Positions 58,288 to 64,000 of a DNA stretch of 64,000 nt are shown here, piece by piece. The stretch comes from a virus (Duplodnaviria; Caudoviricetes). A model generated the notes under the pieces. That model ran no database searches. It was not told where the DNA came from and saw only the letters and a program-made list of their open reading frames with translations. Position numbers and translations under genes: made by a program. The stretch is from positions 2,339 to 66,338 of IMG/VR virus record IMGVR_UViG_3300012346_000291; one strand, written 5' to 3'. Position 1 is the stretch's first letter; every line of letters begins with the position of its first letter.

Positions 58288-58988
58288 AATTGTAAATTTA
58301 CTGCATTTTTTCTTATTGATTTTGCATTCTTATAAAAGGAAGAGTTAAAATCAAAATCAGCAAGAAACCATTCATTACATGACTTCCTTTCTCCTGATAA
58401 AAGCCTATTTAAACTAAAAACACTTATAGATGTAAATTCAGCAGCCTGAGAAACATCATAAAAATGAATTGGCTTGTGATTTGGCTTTTTGATTGAAATT
58501 GGTTTTTCAAAACCTTTAACAATGTATAAGTTTTTTAAAAATTTTTTCTTACCACTTATGTTTTGCAATCCTAAAAAGCTAGCACATTCTGCTTGAGATG
58601 AAAATAAATGACTCTCACCTGTTTTTGTATTTACTATCTCTATACTTTTACATGAATTAGGATTTAATCCGCCAATACCACCTATTTTAATGTTTAAACA
58701 TTTTTCATCTAGTATTGATTCTTCATTTACAAGTTCAGATTCAAATTTATAAGCATCTTCAACAGAATTAAATTCTTTTAATATTTCTCTTTTAAAATTT
58801 TTATATCCATATTTTATAACAGAATCAATAAGAGCTGACTTTATTCCTTTTCTCTTTAATGATTTTGCAGAACCATCGCTGCAAACTCCACACCCTATAT
58901 ACCCATCAGATGCTCTTCTTTCAGAATGAACTCCAATGTAATATTTTCCTGTAGGAATACAAGTTGTTTGATAAACAAAGTATCTCAT
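58284..58988 (-). mobile_element. Free-standing GIY-YIG homing endonuclease (Seg-like)
   Basis: FVYQTT...KYYIGVH; G; REILKEF..E; NUMOD-like HLFSSQAECASFLG; AT-rich relative to flanks. Confidence 0.8.
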
Positions 58989-59257
58989 TACTTACCCTTA
59001 AGGTATTTAGTACTTCCTGCAGACCACAGGTTTTTACACGCCCAATATCTTGGAGTTAATTTATCATTTGCCGTGTCACAGTTATGACGAGACTTAAAAT
59101 TTTTACGTGCAGCTGCAGAATAATTTGATTTATAACCCTTAGCGCCAAAGTGAAGTAACTTCTCAGTACCACCTGAACAGGCTTTAACCATGCGCTTTTT
59201 CCCCGCTCTATCAGATGGAACAGGCACGTTGCACTTCATTTTACTTTTGTCAGCCAT
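58988..59257 (-). CDS. Basic phage protein
   Basis: KKRMVKAC..G.EKLLHFG..GY...RKNFKSRHNC...YWAC. Confidence 0.7.
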   Translation of the reverse strand: MADKSKMKCNVPVPSDRAGKKRMVKACSGGTEKLLHFGAKGYKSNYSAAARKNFKSRHNCDTANDKLTPRYWACKNLWSAGSTKYLKGK

Positions 59258-59427
59258 TACTTCTTAGGTTTTAGTCTAGCCATCTTAAGCTTAGCAGATA
59301 TAGACATTCCTGCAAGAGGTGTCTTTGACTTAGCGTCTGTCTTGCTAAAAGCAGCCTTAGCAGACTTAGTCTTATTGGCTTTTAGAGCCTCAAGAGACTT
59401 ATTTTGATTGGACATTCCCTTCATCAT
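59257..59427 (-). CDS. 56-aa lysine-rich protein
   Basis: Hand-translated MMKGMSNQNKSLEALKANKTKSAK...; TAAATTTG box at 59451-59458. Confidence 0.5.
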   Translation of the reverse strand: MMKGMSNQNKSLEALKANKTKSAKAAFSKTDAKSKTPLAGMSISAKLKMARLKPKK

Positions 59428-59439
59428 ATCTTAAATAGT

Positions 59440-59458
59440 TAACTTTGAGACAAATTTA
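59440..59458. promoter_or_regulatory. Divergent adjacent -7 boxes
   Basis: TAACTTTG (+, 59440-59447) and TAAATTTG (-, 59451-59458). Confidence 0.55.
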
Positions 59459-59472
59459 CAAAATTTAATCAA

Positions 59473-59901
59473 ATGAAAAATTACATGAGGTATTGGCGTT
59501 TAATACGCTACTACTACCTACAAAAGTACAACATTACAGAGTCAGAGCTAGATTTATTGCTTTACGTCTACTCAGAAAAGTACTTTACAATGACAGACTG
59601 CCAAGTTTTTATGCAGACCTTCTCTTGGAGTAGAACTCGCTTCTCAATCCTTAAGAGCAAGGGATTTATAGACATACATAGCCATGCACACGCCAATAGC
59701 GCCTCTATTTGGAAGATTACCTTTAAAGGAAAAAAGCTTGTCGCATCTTTGTACGACAAGCTCGAGGGTGGTAAGATATCTGAAAACTATCAGTTCAATC
59801 GTCTCTTCTTAAAGGAAGCAGGCTACGCCCACAAGACCTACAAGAATGCCATCCGACAGATGAACGAGGAGATTAGAACGGGTAAGTTCAAGGATGATTA
59901 A
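59473..59901 (+). CDS. Winged-helix (MarR-like) DNA-binding protein
   Basis: YNITESELDLLLYV...L.SKGFI...IWKITFKGKKL; only + strand gene in the late region. Confidence 0.55.
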   Translation: MKNYMRYWRLIRYYYLQKYNITESELDLLLYVYSEKYFTMTDCQVFMQTFSWSRTRFSILKSKGFIDIHSHAHANSASIWKITFKGKKLVASLYDKLEGGKISENYQFNRLFLKEAGYAHKTYKNAIRQMNEEIRTGKFKDD

Positions 59902-60158
59902 AGTACAATGACAACGTCGCGCTCTGCAATGATGGTGACGTCCTCGTCGTTTATCATCATCGTGTAGCTGTTTGCCTTGTCGTAGTAGATTTCATCGCCT
60001 GCTTGAATGGTGCTCACGTCAGTACCCGGCATCACAACGACACCTCTTTTGTACCTAAAGCCCTTAACGTCATCAGCCGAGAGAATGAAGCCCGCATCTG
60101 AGCGGACTTCTTCCTCGATATTTTTAATTACTATGTTTTTACCGATTACCTTTTTCAT
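59898..60158 (-). CDS. groES: Co-chaperonin GroES
   Basis: IGKNIVIK..EE..SDAGFIL...GVVV..G...I.AGDEIYY...ERDV; coupled to groEL. Confidence 0.85.
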   Translation of the reverse strand: MKKVIGKNIVIKNIEEEVRSDAGFILSADDVKGFRYKRGVVVMPGTDVSTIQAGDEIYYDKANSYTMMINDEDVTIIAERDVVIVL

Positions 60159-61768
60159 TATTTAATCTCGAACGAGCGAGCCTCCGTAATAATAGCGTTA
60201 GTACTTAGGATTGTCACAGCTACACTCACCGCGTTTTGCAAAGCTGAGCGAGTTACCTTCAACGGGTCGATGACACCAAGCTTAATGAGGTCACCATGCT
60301 CCGCTGTCTTGATGTTTACACCTTGACCAGCGTTTTTAAGGATAGGGTAGTCAGACAAAGCAAGTCCTGCGTTTGTGTATATCTGCTCGAGTGGGGCCCA
60401 AAGTGCCTCTTGGATAATTCGAGCGGCTACCAAAGCCTCAACACTCTCCCCAACCAACGGAAGGTTCTCCAACACATTGATATCGTAAAGAGCTTTTCCA
60501 CCTCCCGGTAAAATTCCTTCCTCCAAAGCCGAGCGAACAGCGCAAACGGCGTCGTCAATACGGTCGTAAAGCTCCTTTTGCTCGAGGTCTGTGTTACCAC
60601 CAACGTGAATGACACCAATTCCACCTGAGAGCGAAGCGATGCGCTCCAAAATGAAGTCTTTGTCGTTCTTCTTTTGCGCTTGGTCGTGTGCCTTCCAAAG
60701 CTGCTCGATGCGCTCTGTTACTGCAACACTTGTCTCGTCCTCTAGGTCCTTTACGATAATGGTCTCGTCCTTCTTAACGATGACCTTACTTGCGTGACCT
60801 AGGTCAGAGAACTGAATGAGGCTTAAGTCGTCCCCTGTTTTCTCTGAGTAGTATGTTGCCCCGACACTCAGTGCGATGTCTTGCATGAGCTCGTGCTGCT
60901 TGTAGCCAAAGCTAGGCGGTTGTATGGCACATACGTTTAACGCACCCTTGGCTACGTTAGCAGACAACGTGTTAATGAACTGATTTGTGCACGGGGCAAT
61001 GATTAATAGCTTCTTTTGAGTGTTTGCAATTGGAGCTAACACCTCTTTGATTTGAAGGATGTTTGATATCTCCGCGTCACACACCAAGATGTATACGTCG
61101 TCAGCCATGTACTCATCACGCTCGTGGTTGTTGATGAAGTATGGGCTTAGATATCCGCGTTGTACGCGAAGTCCGTCGGTAGCAGTAGAGTATGTCTCTG
61201 AGGTTTGGGAGTGCTCAACGGTAACGATACCATTTTTGCCCACCGCGTTGTACGTCTCAGCGATTACCTTACCTGTAGATTGGTCGTTGTTAGCAGAGAT
61301 GGTAGCCACATCCTCTAACATAGCGGGTGTTACCTTCTTTGCTTTAGACTTTAGTAGCTCAACAACTTGGTTGGAGATGTCTGTCATGTTTCGAAGCACC
61401 TCGATGTTGTTGTGCTCAGGCTTAATGTGCTTAAGACCAGCTTCGATTAAGGCCTCAGTAAGCACGATGGCGGTAGTTGTACCGTCACCTGCGCTTGTAG
61501 CGGTGCGCTCAGCAGCCTCCTTCATGATTTTAACAGCTAGGTTCTCAACCGGGTCGAACAAGTCAACAGCTTTGGCCACAGTGACACCATCCTTGGTGAC
61601 CGTAATGCCGTGCGTGTGAAATGGTGACTCGATTAGTACTGTTTTTCCTCGTGGTCCGAGGGTACTTTTGACAGCCTTGGCCATCTTGTTAACTCCTGAG
61701 ATGAGCTTTTTACGGCCCTCTTCCTCAAAGAGTAGTTCTTTTGGGGTAAATGATTGGTTATGTGCCAT
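60158..61768 (-). CDS. groEL: Chaperonin GroEL
   Basis: STLGPRG, TKDGVTVA, AGDGTTT, GILPGGG, GVIDPLKV. Confidence 0.97.
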   Translation of the reverse strand: MAHNQSFTPKELLFEEEGRKKLISGVNKMAKAVKSTLGPRGKTVLIESPFHTHGITVTKDGVTVAKAVDLFDPVENLAVKIMKEAAERTATSAGDGTTTAIVLTEALIEAGLKHIKPEHNNIEVLRNMTDISNQVVELLKSKAKKVTPAMLEDVATISANNDQSTGKVIAETYNAVGKNGIVTVEHSQTSETYSTATDGLRVQRGYLSPYFINNHERDEYMADDVYILVCDAEISNILQIKEVLAPIANTQKKLLIIAPCTNQFINTLSANVAKGALNVCAIQPPSFGYKQHELMQDIALSVGATYYSEKTGDDLSLIQFSDLGHASKVIVKKDETIIVKDLEDETSVAVTERIEQLWKAHDQAQKKNDKDFILERIASLSGGIGVIHVGGNTDLEQKELYDRIDDAVCAVRSALEEGILPGGGKALYDINVLENLPLVGESVEALVAARIIQEALWAPLEQIYTNAGLALSDYPILKNAGQGVNIKTAEHGDLIKLGVIDPLKVTRSALQNAVSVAVTILSTNAIITEARSFEIK

Positions 61769-61821
61769 TGATTAAGATTTAATTGGTCACAAATTTAACA
61801 ATTATTGTGACAAATAACAAA

Positions 61822-61843
61822 AGGGGAGCTAAAAAACTCCCCT
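61822..61843 (-). terminator. Rho-independent terminator upstream of groEL
   Basis: AGGGGAG/CTCCCCT stem followed by a T-rich run on the - strand. Confidence 0.6.
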
Positions 61844-61897
61844 CTTGCCAATAACACTATGATTATAACAGAACTATGCAAATGTAAACAAATTTAT

Positions 61898-62131
61898 TTA
61901 CTGTTCCAAATTTAATCCATCATCATTTATTAATTCTCTAAGTTTTGTTCGGCAACGGTCCGCCATTTCAATCTCTGTTTCGGTGGCTTCTCTGTTTCCA
62001 ATGTACCCATGCTTGACTATTCCGCGTAGGTATTGGTCTAAATCCCAAACTATAAGTCGCCATTTAAAGCCGTTGATGGCATCTTGCAGCTCATCTTTTT
62101 CATCGTGCTCAAAGTGTAGTGTTGCTTTCAT
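61898..62131 (-). CDS. Hypothetical protein
   Basis: 77 aa; WDLDQYLRG..K. Confidence 0.65.
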   Translation of the reverse strand: MKATLHFEHDEKDELQDAINGFKWRLIVWDLDQYLRGIVKHGYIGNREATETEIEMADRCRTKLRELINDDGLNLEQ

Positions 62132-62823
62132 AACTTAAACGCTTTAATAGTGTGCTCAAATGGATTACCCTCGATGTTCTTAACTAAGTCTAACATTTGT
62201 TTTGCTAACTCACGCACCTCTAACTGAGCGTGCTCAGAGTTTCGGAGCTGTTGGAAATGGTAGAAGCTACGCCAATTGAACATCACGTCCATCGTAATCT
62301 GTGAGTTGAATGTCTTGAAGAATCGAGCTGACTCTTTGGCTCTCTTGCGGCCAAGTACAGGGGTTAAATCTGCTAGGCAGTTGTGGTATAAGTAGTTCGC
62401 TATCTCAGTAAAATCCTCCATTACCTGATACCAATCATCTACATTTATCTTCCAAGACACCTCATCTTCTGAGTGTATATCGTGGATATACAGGTCTTGT
62501 GACAATGGTATTCCCTTGAAGTCTTGAGGCAAGTACATCTTGTCTTCCTTCAGCTCTTTATATCTAGCTGACTCACCGTTGATGGAGACTCCTACACGGT
62601 GCTTTAAAAGATGGATGTGAGTAGCTTGGTCCACTGTAACCAAGAAGTGCAGCGAGGACTTCTCAAATGGCGTGTGGTGACCTTCTGATGCAAGCATCTC
62701 AAGAAGTTTTGGGATGCGTTCAATTTTTTCTCTATTTAACTCTCTTGATGTTGAAGTCCAAGCTGATGTTGCGTGTATAAGGTCACAACCATAGTGCCCC
62801 ATTAATTCTACTTTATTTTTCAT
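62128..62823 (-). CDS. thyX: FAD-dependent thymidylate synthase ThyX
   Basis: GHHTPFE, HLLKHRVGVSINGESARY, FNWRS..HF..LR...HAQ.E.R. Confidence 0.92.
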   Translation of the reverse strand: MKNKVELMGHYGCDLIHATSAWTSTSRELNREKIERIPKLLEMLASEGHHTPFEKSSLHFLVTVDQATHIHLLKHRVGVSINGESARYKELKEDKMYLPQDFKGIPLSQDLYIHDIHSEDEVSWKINVDDWYQVMEDFTEIANYLYHNCLADLTPVLGRKRAKESARFFKTFNSQITMDVMFNWRSFYHFQQLRNSEHAQLEVRELAKQMLDLVKNIEGNPFEHTIKAFKL

Positions 62824-63031
62824 TGTTGTTATTTATTGCTATTTCAATACCCAAAATAATACTCTTTAAGGCTTTGTCAAATTGGTCTGCATCGTAGTAA
62901 GTTTGAAACTTTTTATTTTTAAACTCAGCCGAAATCTTGTGCATATGTACACCATCGTCTTCATTAAAGAAGTCAAACGAGATGTTAATATCTACAGCGT
63001 GCCCCTTGTAATTGTATATTAATGTCTTCAT
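62813..63031 (-). CDS. Hypothetical protein
   Basis: 72-aa ORF. Confidence 0.55.
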   Translation of the reverse strand: MKTLIYNYKGHAVDINISFDFFNEDDGVHMHKISAEFKNKKFQTYYDADQFDKALKSIILGIEIAINNNNEK

Positions 63032-63033
63032 AA

Positions 63034-63426
63034 TTATGTGTTTTTCACATCATTTAATCGGATTTCACCCGATTTAGTGTTGCATTTTTCACATCTTAGG
63101 TCCTTGGTAAAGCCCTTTGAGATGATTACGCTACACCCATGGCACAGCGTAGCGCCTGCTCCACCGTTGAACTTCCAAAGTGGACGGCCATACTTTCTCA
63201 AAAGCCTAAAGGTTGTCTTGATGTCGTGCCAATTGAGCTGCACCTCGTCTTGAAGGTACAAAGGATACCAAGCTATGCAGTAACCGTGGTTGGCGTTTAC
63301 CCAATCCTCACGCTTAACTTTGTTGCCGTTGACTGACTTGAGGTATATCCAAGGGACGTTACCCTCTAGCTCAATCTCGTAGCCAATTTTCTTGAGCCTA
63401 TCTCTAAATTTTACTACTTCGTTCAT
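63034..63426 (-). CDS. Hypothetical protein with C-terminal Zn finger
   Basis: GATLCHGCS...CEKC. Confidence 0.6.
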   Translation of the reverse strand: MNEVVKFRDRLKKIGYEIELEGNVPWIYLKSVNGNKVKREDWVNANHGYCIAWYPLYLQDEVQLNWHDIKTTFRLLRKYGRPLWKFNGGAGATLCHGCSVIISKGFTKDLRCEKCNTKSGEIRLNDVKNT

Positions 63427-63437
63427 CTTATTCTGAT

Positions 63438-63905
63438 TTATTTACAATTGCATTCGTGCATTGAGTTACTGCCGTAACAAGCGCATCCTTTTAGTTTATC
63501 CGAGCGTTTCTTACCACTTTTTGATACATTTTTCAAAGTTTTTCTATACTCAATCTCTTTGCGAATCAGCTCAAGATGCCACTCAGCTCCTCCGTACTCA
63601 AGTACTGCCTCCAAGTAGTCATCGTCCATGTCCTTTAGTGGTATCCAAGTTAGTGGTTGCTTACCGTCCTTGCCTCGGCTACCTCTTGTGGCGTAGCAGC
63701 GTATAAAGTCAAATGGCTCGTCAGCGTAGTAGTGGTGAAGAATTAACTTTCCCATGTCCTTTGCACCATATCTCTCGTAGCTAAGACCACCATCCACCAT
63801 CGCCTCGTTAGGGCAGCTACAGGTCTTGTAGTCGTGCACAGTGTAACTGACCAATAGCTCCTTACATTCTGTGCAGGTTACTGCGTTGTAAACTAGTTGT
63901 CTCAT
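63438..63905 (-). CDS. Conserved phage Zn-binding protein
   Basis: NAVTC.EC...S...HDY..C.C....VDGG..Y.R. Confidence 0.65.
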   Translation of the reverse strand: MRQLVYNAVTCTECKELLVSYTVHDYKTCSCPNEAMVDGGLSYERYGAKDMGKLILHHYYADEPFDFIRCYATRGSRGKDGKQPLTWIPLKDMDDDYLEAVLEYGGAEWHLELIRKEIEYRKTLKNVSKSGKKRSDKLKGCACYGSNSMHECNCK

Positions 63906-63954
63906 AATTTAATATCTTTGTCTCAACCCCACTTACAGAGAAGTTTGTAAGTCC

Positions 63955-63984
63955 CCCTCTATTCTCCGGTGTAGAGGGTTTTTT
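63955..63984 (+). terminator. + strand Rho-independent terminator
   Basis: CCCTCTA/TAGAGGG stem followed by TTTTTT. Confidence 0.6.
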
Positions 63985-64000
63985 ATTGTTTAAAGGTTAC

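Noticed and set aside
52101-59345. Half-sites of the palindrome (GTGTCTT or AAGACAC alone, e.g. near 52101 and 59330; others near 16388 and 16503)
   Set aside because: Seven-base matches are expected by chance several times in 64 kb, so they were not counted.

Overview
Partial genome of a tailed dsDNA phage infecting Bacteroidota. Host evidence: repeated TAnnTTTG -7 promoter boxes and A-rich, SD-less start contexts. The head and tail gene layout is podovirus-like and distantly crAss-like. The + strand (1-17922) carries early/host-takeover genes, Sak/exonuclease recombination genes, an AT-rich small-gene array, a putative origin, a primase-helicase and an SF2 helicase. The - strand (17923-63905) carries a 3142-aa virion/ejection-type protein, tail stabilization proteins, major capsid, scaffold, portal, terminase, lysis genes, fibre/spike genes, a GIY-YIG endonuclease, GroES/GroEL and ThyX. 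No DNA polymerase, RNA polymerase, integrase, reverse transcriptase, full tRNA or CRISPR array was recognised. The most unusual signals are: (1) ten copies of the palindrome GTGTCTT-YR-AAGACAC, six inside coding sequences in three different reading frames; (2) a gene-cassette array joined by a conserved stop/start junction encoding KQQEQ*/M, directly downstream of the Sak-exonuclease pair; (3) a second oriented 14-bp motif placed before terminators; (4) two tRNA T-arm-like minihelices; (5) four tandem paralogous fibre modules. All protein assignments come from motif recognition and synteny, not database searches.
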